Positions 1 to 7,352 of a stretch of DNA of 37,609 nucleotides are shown here, piece by piece. Numbering within the stretch: position 1 is the first letter of the stretch; every line of letters begins with the position of its first letter. The notes beneath the pieces are model-generated. The model was not told the DNA's origin. It did no database searches and was given only the letters and a program-made list of their open reading frames with translations. This DNA is from Acidobacteriota bacterium (GTDB lineage Bacteria; Acidobacteriota; Vicinamibacteria; Vicinamibacterales; 2-12-FULL-66-21), in the NCBI GenBank assembly GCA_020200195.1, contig JAIVJE010000290.1, positions 1-37,609 on the forward strand, written 5' to 3'. Made by a program: the position numbers and the translations under genes.

Positions 1-1224
1 ATCGAGGTGACAGCACACGTCGACCGATCCGAGGACGGGCTGCGGATCGAAGCGCTCATGCGCGACGTATCGGAGCGCAAGCGGCTTGAAGATCAGGCCC
101 GCGACCTGTACCACCAGCTGCTGCAGGCCGAAAAACTCGCCGCGCTGGGTCAGACGATCTCCGGCGTCGCGCACGAGCTGAACAATCCACTCGCAACGAT
201 CCTGACCTGGGCCGAGAGACTCTCGCAGCGCTCCGTCGATGACCAGACGCGCAAGGGGCTCGAGACGATCCTGAGCGAATCGGAGCGCGCCGCCAAAATC
301 GTGCGCAACCTCCTGACGTTCGCGCGCAAGCGCCATACCACGCGCGCCATGGTCGACCTCAACCAGGTGGTGCGCGAGACGATCGCGCTCCGCGCGTACG
401 AACAACGTCTGAGCAACGTGAACATCCTCGAGGCGCTGCCGTCGGGTCTCCCTCACGTATTCGCCGATCCGCATCAAATGCAGCAGGTGCTGCTCAATCT
501 CATGATCAACGCCGAGCAGGCAATGCTCGCGGCGCACGGGCGGGGCACGCTGATCATGCGGACCTGGCACGATGTCGAACGGGATGCAGTCGTGCTCGAA
601 GTCAACGACGACGGGCCCGGCGTGCCGGAGGACGTTCAGCCGCGGATCTTCGATCCGTTTTTCACAACCAAGGAGGTCGGGCAGGGCACCGGACTCGGAT
701 TGACCGTCGCGTACGCGATCGTGCAGGAACATGGCGGGCGCATCAGCGTGAAGTCGGAACCCCCGCGCGGGGCGTCTTTCTGCATCGAGTTGCCGGCCGG
801 AGACGGTCCGCTCAAACCGGCTATGCCGCGGTTGCCCGAGCGTTCAGCTGACGTCGGGGCCGGGGCAAGGGTGTTGGTGGTCGAAGACGAAGCGGCCCTT
901 GGTGAAGTCGTCGCGGAGGCGCTCACCGACGCCGGCTTTGTGGTCGAACGCGCCGGCGACGGAATCGAAGCGCTCGAACGGCTGGAAAAAAAGCCGTTCG
1001 ATCTGATCATCTGCGACTTGAAGATGCCACGCCTGGACGGCACGGCGCTTTACCGTGAGCTGGAAGCGACCAGCCCGGCGATGACCCGCCGGGTGCTGTT
1101 CGTGACCGGCGACGTCGCCGGCACCGACGCGGAGACGTTCCTCGAGCAGACCGGCTGCCGCTGGCTGGCGAAACCATTCCGCCTCCGAGATCTCCTGCGC
1201 GTCGCGCGCGACATGGTTCCGTAG
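1..1224 (+). CDS. Hybrid sensor histidine kinase, 5'-truncated by the window edge (end of PAS-like region, DHp/HisKA, HATPase_c, C-terminal receiver)
   Basis: Frame 1 is open from nt 1. H-box ISGVAHELNNPLATILTWAERL, N-box LLNLMINAEQA, G-boxes DDGPGVP and GQGTGLGLTVAYAIV. Receiver VLVVEDE...DLIICDLKMPRLDG...LAKPF. Confidence 0.9.
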   Translation: MEVTAHVDRSEDGLRIEALMRDVSERKRLEDQARDLYHQLLQAEKLAALGQTISGVAHELNNPLATILTWAERLSQRSVDDQTRKGLETILSESERAAKIVRNLLTFARKRHTTRAMVDLNQVVRETIALRAYEQRLSNVNILEALPSGLPHVFADPHQMQQVLLNLMINAEQAMLAAHGRGTLIMRTWHDVERDAVVLEVNDDGPGVPEDVQPRIFDPFFTTKEVGQGTGLGLTVAYAIVQEHGGRISVKSEPPRGASFCIELPAGDGPLKPAMPRLPERSADVGAGARVLVVEDEAALGEVVAEALTDAGFVVERAGDGIEALERLEKKPFDLIICDLKMPRLDGTALYRELEATSPAMTRRVLFVTGDVAGTDAETFLEQTGCRWLAKPFRLRDLLRVARDMVP

Positions 1225-1225
1225 G

Positions 1226-2131
1226 TCAGCGCGCCGCCGCGATCGCCCGCGGGCCCTGCACCGACCGGCGGCGTCTTCCCGCCATCGTCCGGGACTTTGC
1301 CGGTGTTTTGTACGGCAGCACCACGGCGGGCGGATCCATCTCCGCTTTGGCCATGCGCATCCGCAGCATGGTCTGTTGAAATGCGAGGATGGCTGGCCGC
1401 ATCGTGGCGACAGCTGCGGATCCGTCAGCGCCCAGCGTCTTGCGAAGCCGCTGAATGGCGCGCGCGTGCAATTGCGACACCCGCGATTCGTTCACCCCGA
1501 TTTCGGCGCCGATCTGCTTCATCGTCGCCTCGCCGTAATAATAGAGCCCGACCACCTTGCGCTCTCGGGCTGGCAGCGATGCGATCGCGGCACGGATGCG
1601 GTCGCGCACCTCCATCTGCTCGTAGGCCTTGTCGGGCGCCTGCGGTTCCGAGGGGACGAGCGCCGCTGGCAACGAGCTGCCGTCGACATTCTCCGACGCC
1701 GAAAGCGGCGACGTGGACTCAATCGTGTTGATGCGGACGATCGTTCGTCCAAGCCTGGCCTCGTCTGATCCGACCCGTGCCGCGAGATCCGCGAGCGACG
1801 GCTCAGCGCCGAGCTCCCGCCGCAGCTGCTCGCGAGCCGCCTCGAGCTCACGGCGCTGACGACGGACGCCGCGCGGCCAGGCGTCACGTCTGAGCGCATC
1901 GATCATGGCGCCGCGAACCCGTCGCTCGGCGAACGTTTCGAACTTGATCCCCCGGCCCTCGTCGAACCGGCGCGCGGCGTCAATGAGACCAATCATGCCG
2001 TCCTGCACGAGGTCAGTGAGCTCAATCGAGTGCGGCATCGAGGCCGCCACGCGACGGGCGAGCGATTCCACGAACGGCAAACCGGCGGCGATACGATTGC
2101 GGTCGCTGGCGGCAAGTGGCACACGCTGCAT
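1226..2131 (-). CDS. Group-3 (FliA/WhiG-like) sigma-70 family sigma factor with a basic C-terminal tail of about 65 aa
   Basis: Region 2 DLVQDGMIGLIDAARRFD..FETFAERRVRGAMIDALRRDAWPRGVR. Region 4.2 LPARERKVVGLYYYGEATMKQIGAEIGVNESRVSQLHARAIQRL. ATG at 2131 has AGGAGA 9 nt upstream. The track ORF runs on to a GTG at 2206 with no SD. Confidence 0.85.
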   Translation of the reverse strand: MQRVPLAASDRNRIAAGLPFVESLARRVAASMPHSIELTDLVQDGMIGLIDAARRFDEGRGIKFETFAERRVRGAMIDALRRDAWPRGVRRQRRELEAAREQLRRELGAEPSLADLAARVGSDEARLGRTIVRINTIESTSPLSASENVDGSSLPAALVPSEPQAPDKAYEQMEVRDRIRAAIASLPARERKVVGLYYYGEATMKQIGAEIGVNESRVSQLHARAIQRLRKTLGADGSAAVATMRPAILAFQQTMLRMRMAKAEMDPPAVVLPYKTPAKSRTMAGRRRRSVQGPRAIAAAR

Positions 2132-2383
2132 GACTCGTGGTCTCCTGGGTTCCCGCGGCACGGTGGGCGCCGTCGGACGCGCGGCCTGGCGCAACGGGAA
2201 TACCACCAGGAAAGCGAATGGAACTCGAAGCTGATCCGCGCCAAGTGAGTGGCCCTAAATGACTCTTACAGAAGCGGTTATTAATGTGCTGCGATGGGAA
2301 GCCGTGCGCGGATCACCGGGGAAGCTGTGCCGGTGAGTGTCAATGATTTGACTGGATCGAGGCTTGCTGGCGGTTTGTTGACA

Positions 2384-2632
2384 CTACTTCCGGGGCGGCC
2401 GGGCTCGCAGCTCGCGGGCGGTGGTCATCGCGTCGAGCACGCTGGCGACCACCTGGGCGGCCCGCGCGCGCGTCATTTCGTCGCCCGCTTTGGCTTCGAG
2501 CAACTCGGCATTCGCGAGGATGATGCCGAGCTGGTTGTTGAGGCGGTGGAAGAGCAGCCCCAAATCGGCCGGCTCGGTGTCCTCAGGGAGCGGCTTGTCA
2601 GGGGATCGGCGATCGGCTGCCGGCATCATCAC
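2384..2632 (-). CDS. Small stand-alone DHp (histidine-kinase dimerisation/phosphoacceptor)-like protein with no catalytic ATPase domain
   Basis: LLFHRLNNQLGIILANAELL matches the H-box of the kinase at 1..1224 (AHELNNPLATILTWAERL): H, L, N, N, L, I, L, A, E and L are shared. A second predicted helix ARAAQVVASVLDAMTTAREL follows. Its ATG (2629) shares one base with the TGA of the upstream HTH gene (GTGATGATG). Confidence 0.55.
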   Translation of the reverse strand: MMMPAADRRSPDKPLPEDTEPADLGLLFHRLNNQLGIILANAELLEAKAGDEMTRARAAQVVASVLDAMTTARELRARPPRK

Positions 2633-2823
2633 GCTTCTTTACTGGTCAGATGCGGGGCGCGTGCCGGATCGCGCCAGAGCGTATCGACGAAGATGCGCAC
2701 CGAGCCGCCGGCCGTGCGGATGTACTCCACCTTGCCGCTGGCAATCCAGTTGTAGATGGTGCGGCGGCTGACTCCGACGAGCTCGCACGCCTTCATGATG
2801 GAAATCGTCTTGCGATCAACCAT
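2629..2823 (-). CDS. Excisionase/MerR-type helix-turn-helix DNA-binding protein (64 aa)
   Basis: MVDRKTISIMKACELVGVSRRTIYNWIASGKVEYIRTAGGSVRIFVDTL is the typical excisionase-family HTH signature. ATG at 2823. The 145-aa track ORF extension upstream has no domain-like sequence. Confidence 0.75.
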   Translation of the reverse strand: MVDRKTISIMKACELVGVSRRTIYNWIASGKVEYIRTAGGSVRIFVDTLWRDPARAPHLTSKEA

Positions 2824-3074
2824 GACGTGATATCCCACACCGTGTTCGCTGAGAGTTATCGGGCTGGCGGTGGCCGCGCTGTAGGGCCGCCGCGCCTGGG
2901 GGGCAGGTGTTGAACGCCAGCTTTTTTCACGATCTGACACGCAGGGAGGCGCGGCGAATCCCCGCGCCAATCGCGGGGTCAGCTCGTGAAAAAACCGCGC
3001 CTTCAAGCTTGACCCCCTCCTCGTGGCATTGACCGTGGCGCGGGTGGGTGTCAAAATACCGCCCACTCGACTAA

Positions 3075-4466
3075 ATGGCTGAAGGCGATAAACATCTCCT
3101 CATCGTGGACGACGAGAATGCGTTGCGCGAAGCGATCGCGGAGCGGCTCGCCGACCACGGGTTCGTCGTCGAACAGGCCGACAGTGGGGAACAGGCGCTC
3201 CAACGCCTCTCGGAATTCGCCTTCGACGTCATCATTACCGACCTGCGGCTCCCAGGCATCGACGGCCGCCAGGTCATGGACGCCGCGCTCCAGCGTTATC
3301 CCGAGATCGTCGCCATCGTGATTACCGGCTTTGGCACGGTGAAGGACGCGGTCGAAGCGATCAAGCAGGGCGCATCGGATTTCATCACCAAGCCGTTCCA
3401 GTTCGACGCGCTGCTCCATGTGCTGACGTCCGCGTTCGAGCAGCGCCGGCTGAAATCCGAGAACGCCTACCTGCGCTCGCAGCTCGAGGATCGCTACAGA
3501 ATCGACGGGCTGGTGGGCCGCAGCACGGTCATGCGCGACCTCTTCCACTTGCTCGAAACCGTGGCGACCACGTCGAGCACCGTGCTGATCACTGGTGAAA
3601 CAGGGACAGGCAAGGAGCTCGCGGCGCGCGCCATCCATCACAACAGCCCTCGACGCGCGAACCGGTTCGTCGCGATCAATTGCAGCGCGATTCCTGAAAC
3701 GCTGCTCGAAGCGGAGCTGTTCGGCCACGCCCGCGGCGCCTTCACGGGGGCGGTCGGCAACCGGCAGGGCCGCTTGGAGCAGGCGCACAAAGGCACGCTG
3801 TTTCTGGACGAGGTCGGGACCATGAGCCCGGCGCTACAGGCCAAGATGCTGCGCGTGCTGCAGGAGCGCGAGTTCGAGCGGGTCGGAGACTCGCACACGA
3901 TAAAGATCGAGGTGCGCGTGATCGCGGCCACGCATTCCGATCTCGCAAAGATGGTCGCGGAGGGGACCTTCCGCGAAGATTTGTATTACCGCCTCAACGT
4001 CATTCCGATCCGGGTGCCGCCGCTCCGCGAGCGCCGCGACGACATCCCGCTGCTGGTGCGGCACTTCCTGCAGAAGCTGTCCGAAGAGGCGGGCCGCGGC
4101 GCCATGACGGTGTCGCAGGACGCGATGCGGCGCCTGATGGCGTACCCATGGCCCGGCAACGTGCGTCAGCTCGAGAACGCGATCGAGCGCGCGCTTGCAT
4201 TCAGCCACGGCCGTACCCAGATCGACGTGCCGGATCTCACGCCCGAAATCCAGAGCCAGTCGGCCACCATCGATTCCTCCGAGCTGTGGTTCCCGCTCGA
4301 TGGAATGGACTTCGAGGCGTATATCGGCGGCGTCGAACTGACGCTCATCCGCCGCTCGTTGGAACGCACGCAAGGCAACAAGCGGCAGGCGGCGAAGCTG
4401 CTCAACCTCAAACGGACGACGCTCATCGAAAAGTTGAAGAGACTGGAGCCGCGCGCCGCGGACTAA
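3075..4466 (+). CDS. Sigma-54-dependent response regulator (NtrC/AtoC family: receiver, AAA+ activator, Fis-type HTH)
   Basis: Receiver LLIVDDE...VIITDLRLPGIDG...TKPF. Walker A GETGTGKELAARAIH. GAFTGA loop (HARGAFTGAV). C-terminal HTH NKRQAAKLLNLKRTTLIEKLKRL. Confidence 0.92.
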   Translation: MAEGDKHLLIVDDENALREAIAERLADHGFVVEQADSGEQALQRLSEFAFDVIITDLRLPGIDGRQVMDAALQRYPEIVAIVITGFGTVKDAVEAIKQGASDFITKPFQFDALLHVLTSAFEQRRLKSENAYLRSQLEDRYRIDGLVGRSTVMRDLFHLLETVATTSSTVLITGETGTGKELAARAIHHNSPRRANRFVAINCSAIPETLLEAELFGHARGAFTGAVGNRQGRLEQAHKGTLFLDEVGTMSPALQAKMLRVLQEREFERVGDSHTIKIEVRVIAATHSDLAKMVAEGTFREDLYYRLNVIPIRVPPLRERRDDIPLLVRHFLQKLSEEAGRGAMTVSQDAMRRLMAYPWPGNVRQLENAIERALAFSHGRTQIDVPDLTPEIQSQSATIDSSELWFPLDGMDFEAYIGGVELTLIRRSLERTQGNKRQAAKLLNLKRTTLIEKLKRLEPRAAD

Positions 4467-5359
4467 TGCCACCCCGGCACAGTTACTGGACGATCATCCT
4501 GGAAGGGAAGCCGACCGCCTTCCGCGCGCACACGCAGGAGGAACTGCTCCCGACGTTGAAGCAGCTGCAGGGACGGCACCCGGATTCGGTGATGAAGTGG
4601 TTCGCACGCGGGCGCCTGTGGCAGTCTCCAGAGGAAGAACGCAACGCCAACCGCAGACCACCGCGCGGGGATCAGAGGGACCCGGCATGGCGACCAGGCG
4701 GCCAGCATGTTGACCCCCGCGATCGGTTCAAGATCACGCGCGACGAAAAACGCCGCCGGTTCGCAGCCAATCTCCGGCGCGATGAGCGCGGACCCGAATC
4801 GCAACGGCCGTCGGCCGCCCCGCCGTCGGCACCGCGAGAATCGCGGCCACCGCACGGTGGCGCACCGGGATGGCGACCCGGATGGAAAAAGCGTCCGCCA
4901 CACGGCACGCAGAGCGGCGACCGACCGGCATGGCGGGAGTCGCGACCTCCGCAAGGCAAGTCAGGCGCGCCTCGTCCGCAATGGAAACCACCGCGACCGC
5001 CTGACGACCAGGCGCGCGGTGGAGAGAGCCGGCGCGACAAGCCGGAGTGGAGAAAGCCCCGGGCTCCTGGAGAACGCGGCGATCGGCCGGAGTGGAACCG
5101 CAGCGGACCGCCGCGCGACAACGGTGGCCGCAGGCGCCCCGGACCGGGCGGCGACGCCGGCCGCCAACCTGGCGGAAAACCCGGCTGGAAAACTGGACGC
5201 GGCCCCGGTGGACCACCTGGCGGCAGCGGCACCTGGGCACGACGCGATCGACCGGCACCGGGTAGGCCGCGCGGTTCGGGTTCCGGTGGCAGACCCGGCG
5301 GACCACGCCGATTTCCCAAAGGCGGCGGGAAGAAGGGCGGCGGAGGCTCGTCGCGGTGA
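4466..5359 (+). CDS. Hypothetical protein: ordinary N-terminal domain of about 58 aa plus a strongly basic Arg/Pro/Gly/Trp-rich low-complexity tail of about 240 aa
   Basis: ATG overlaps the activator stop (TAATG at 4464-4468). Its TGA overlaps the next GTG (GTGA at 5356-5359). The N-terminus MPPRHSYWTIILEGKPTAFRAHTQEELLPTLKQLQGRHPDSVMKWFARGRLW is not low-complexity. The tail carries 8 P-x-W-[RKN] motifs. Four other frames are also open here, so frame choice rests on the coupling signals. Confidence 0.55.
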   Translation: MPPRHSYWTIILEGKPTAFRAHTQEELLPTLKQLQGRHPDSVMKWFARGRLWQSPEEERNANRRPPRGDQRDPAWRPGGQHVDPRDRFKITRDEKRRRFAANLRRDERGPESQRPSAAPPSAPRESRPPHGGAPGWRPGWKKRPPHGTQSGDRPAWRESRPPQGKSGAPRPQWKPPRPPDDQARGGESRRDKPEWRKPRAPGERGDRPEWNRSGPPRDNGGRRRPGPGGDAGRQPGGKPGWKTGRGPGGPPGGSGTWARRDRPAPGRPRGSGSGGRPGGPRRFPKGGGKKGGGGSSR

Positions 5360-5691
5360 TCGCGCACGTCGTGCTGTTCCGGCCCCGCGCCGATCTGACC
5401 GATGCGGATCGCCAACGGCTTTTAGACGACCTTACCGCAGCGGTCGCGGCAATTCCGGAGATCCGCCGGTTGCGCATCGGTCGTCGCATGGTGCATGGCC
5501 TGCCGGGGTACGAGCAGGCGATGCATGAAGACTTCGAATACGCCGCGCTCATGGAGTTCGACGACGTAGACGGGCTCCGCGCCTACCTCGCCCATCCTTC
5601 CCATGCCGAGGTCGGCAGACACTTCATCGCGTCCGCCGCCGCAGCGCTCGCGTACGACTACGAGCTCGTCGACGTCGCCGATGGAGGGTGA
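5356..5691 (+). CDS. Dabb (stress-responsive alpha/beta-barrel) domain protein
   Basis: MIAHVVLFRPRADLT...IPEIRRLRIGRRM...EYAALMEFDDVDGLRAYLAHPSHAEVGRHF matches the Dabb family pattern. GTG start overlaps the upstream stop. Confidence 0.8.
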   Translation: MIAHVVLFRPRADLTDADRQRLLDDLTAAVAAIPEIRRLRIGRRMVHGLPGYEQAMHEDFEYAALMEFDDVDGLRAYLAHPSHAEVGRHFIASAAAALAYDYELVDVADGG

Positions 5692-5706
5692 AGTGTCACG
5701 ACACGC

Positions 5707-6771
5707 TCAGGAATGCAGGGGCACGCCGGTCTCGACGAAAAACGCCGTGATGATGTCCCGGAGCTGCGGAATCGATTCCGCGGAGTTGATCGCGACACGC
5801 AGGTGTGATCCGTTGTCGATCCCCTTCGTGTACCACGAGTTCAGCGCGCGCAGCTTGTTGATGACCCAACGCTCGCGTCCCCTGGCGGGCGGTGCTGCCG
5901 CGCCGTCCAGCGGTTGACCCGGAGCAATGTGGCGGAAGCCATCGGCTTCATCGACGCGCTCCTTCACGAGCAAGTCGATGTAGTCGAGGAGAAACTGCCC
6001 CCGCTCCGCCGTCGAGAGTGCACGCGGAGTGCCGCCCGCAGCGAGGGCAGCCGCCTGCTCGAAGATCCACGGATTGCGCAGAGCCCCACGGCCCACCAGG
6101 ACGCCGGCGACGTCGCTGCCTCGCAACCGGTCAACCATCTGTGATGGCTCGATGCAGTCGCCGCTGCCGAACACCGGCATACGCACGCTCGCCGCGACAC
6201 GTGCGATCAAATCCCAGTCGGAAAACCCGGAATATGATTGCGCCGCCGTCCGGCCGTGGATCGCCACCGCGGACGCGCCCGCATCTTCCATGCGGCGCGC
6301 CAGGTCCGGCGCATTGATCTCGTCTGCGTCCCAGCCTGCGCGCATCTTGACCGTGACCGGAATGCCCACCGCGCGCGCCATCGCGCGGACGACGGTCGCC
6401 GCGCGCTCGGGCTCGCGCATCAGGCTGCACCCCGCGTTGTGCTTCGCGATTTTGGGTACGGGACAGCCCATGTTCACATCGACGATGTCGGCCCCCATGC
6501 CCTCGACGATCTGCGCCGCCGCCGCCATCTTCACCGGGTCCCCTCCGAAGATCTGAATTGAAATCGGCCGCTCCTCCTCCGTGTACTCGGCGTATTCGAG
6601 CGTACGGTCGATGCCTCGCACGAGCCCCTCCGAGCTCACCATCTCGGTGACGACGAGGCCACACCCGCCCTTGCGCTTGACGAGGCGCCGAAAGGCAGTG
6701 TCCGTCATGCCCGCCATCGGCGCGAGTGCGAACGGAGGCGCGAGATCGATTTTCCCGATTTTCATCATCAA
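5707..6771 (-). CDS. dusB: tRNA-dihydrouridine synthase (DusB-like)
   Basis: LAPMAGMTDTAFRRL near the N-terminus and IVDVNMGCPVPK (catalytic Cys loop). TIM-barrel Dus family length (354 aa). Confidence 0.9.
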   Translation of the reverse strand: MMMKIGKIDLAPPFALAPMAGMTDTAFRRLVKRKGGCGLVVTEMVSSEGLVRGIDRTLEYAEYTEEERPISIQIFGGDPVKMAAAAQIVEGMGADIVDVNMGCPVPKIAKHNAGCSLMREPERAATVVRAMARAVGIPVTVKMRAGWDADEINAPDLARRMEDAGASAVAIHGRTAAQSYSGFSDWDLIARVAASVRMPVFGSGDCIEPSQMVDRLRGSDVAGVLVGRGALRNPWIFEQAAALAAGGTPRALSTAERGQFLLDYIDLLVKERVDEADGFRHIAPGQPLDGAAAPPARGRERWVINKLRALNSWYTKGIDNGSHLRVAINSAESIPQLRDIITAFFVETGVPLHS

Positions 6772-6779
6772 CTATGCGT

Positions 6780-7337
6780 TCAATACGCCTTGACGTCCGC
6801 CGCGTCGACGTCGACGCTCACCGCCTGGCCGATGAGATCCACGGCCAGCACGAGGCGTGCGTGGGTGCCCTTGCGGACGAGACGCCCGACGACCCCTTTC
6901 AATGGCCCGTGCATGACCTCGACCATCATTCCCTTGTGAATCAGCGGACAGGGGTCGTACTGCAGATCGCTGTCCACCAGCCGCCGGATGCTTTCGATCT
7001 CGCATTGGGGAATTGGTGCAATCTCGCCGTCGAACGATACGATGCTCACGACCCCCGGGCACTGCAGGATGGGGAGCCGCACCTGGGGTTCGAAGCGGGC
7101 GAAGCAGTATCCCGGAAACAACGGCCAGTCGATCCGCTTCTTACGATCCTTCCAACGGCTCCAGCGCGGGATGGTGGGGAGGAACGCTTCGAAACCCTTC
7201 AGCGCGAGCTGATCGCGAACGACCTGCTCATGCCGAGACCGCGTCCAGATGGCGTACCATTCGGCCGCAGCCGCCGGCTCAATCCGCCGATCGTTCCGCG
7301 TTCCGCCGTTTCCCTCTGGGACGCGATCTGACGGCAT
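6780..7337 (-). CDS. Specialised NusG paralogue (RfaH/UpxY-like transcription antiterminator: NGN plus KOW)
   Basis: NGN: WYAIWTRSRHEQVVRDQLALKGFEAFLPT...PLFPGYCFARF. KOW: GMMVEVMHGPLKGVVGRLV. It is not in the secE-nusG-rplK context of housekeeping nusG. Confidence 0.8.
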   Translation of the reverse strand: MPSDRVPEGNGGTRNDRRIEPAAAAEWYAIWTRSRHEQVVRDQLALKGFEAFLPTIPRWSRWKDRKKRIDWPLFPGYCFARFEPQVRLPILQCPGVVSIVSFDGEIAPIPQCEIESIRRLVDSDLQYDPCPLIHKGMMVEVMHGPLKGVVGRLVRKGTHARLVLAVDLIGQAVSVDVDAADVKAY

Positions 7338-7352
7338 GTACCACGGCCTGGC

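Noticed and set aside
2117-2130. TGGCAC-acgc-TGCA on the plus strand
   Set aside because: The GC dinucleotide is 2 nt too close to the GG. The site lies inside, and antisense to, the sigma factor gene.
2336-2385. Inverted repeat AGTGTCAA ... TTGACACT (34-nt spacer) after the DHp-stub gene, considered as an operator or terminator
   Set aside because: It is only 8 bp with a large loop and no U-tract, and the TTGACA halves lack matching -10 elements. The evidence is too weak to call.
2824-3066. N-terminal 81 codons of the 145-aa ORF 2629..3066
   Set aside because: This stretch has no domain-like sequence and would overlap the divergent activator gene's upstream region. The HTH domain starts at ATG 2823.
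4672-5552. Alternative long ORFs across the low-complexity region (4672..5415 minus, 4707..5528 plus, 4734..5552 minus, 4463..4954 minus)
   Set aside because: All are Pro/Arg/Gly/Ala runs generated by the same GC-rich repeat-like DNA. None has a non-repetitive domain or start/stop coupling to its neighbours. The 4466..5359 frame has both. Residual uncertainty is noted in the feature.
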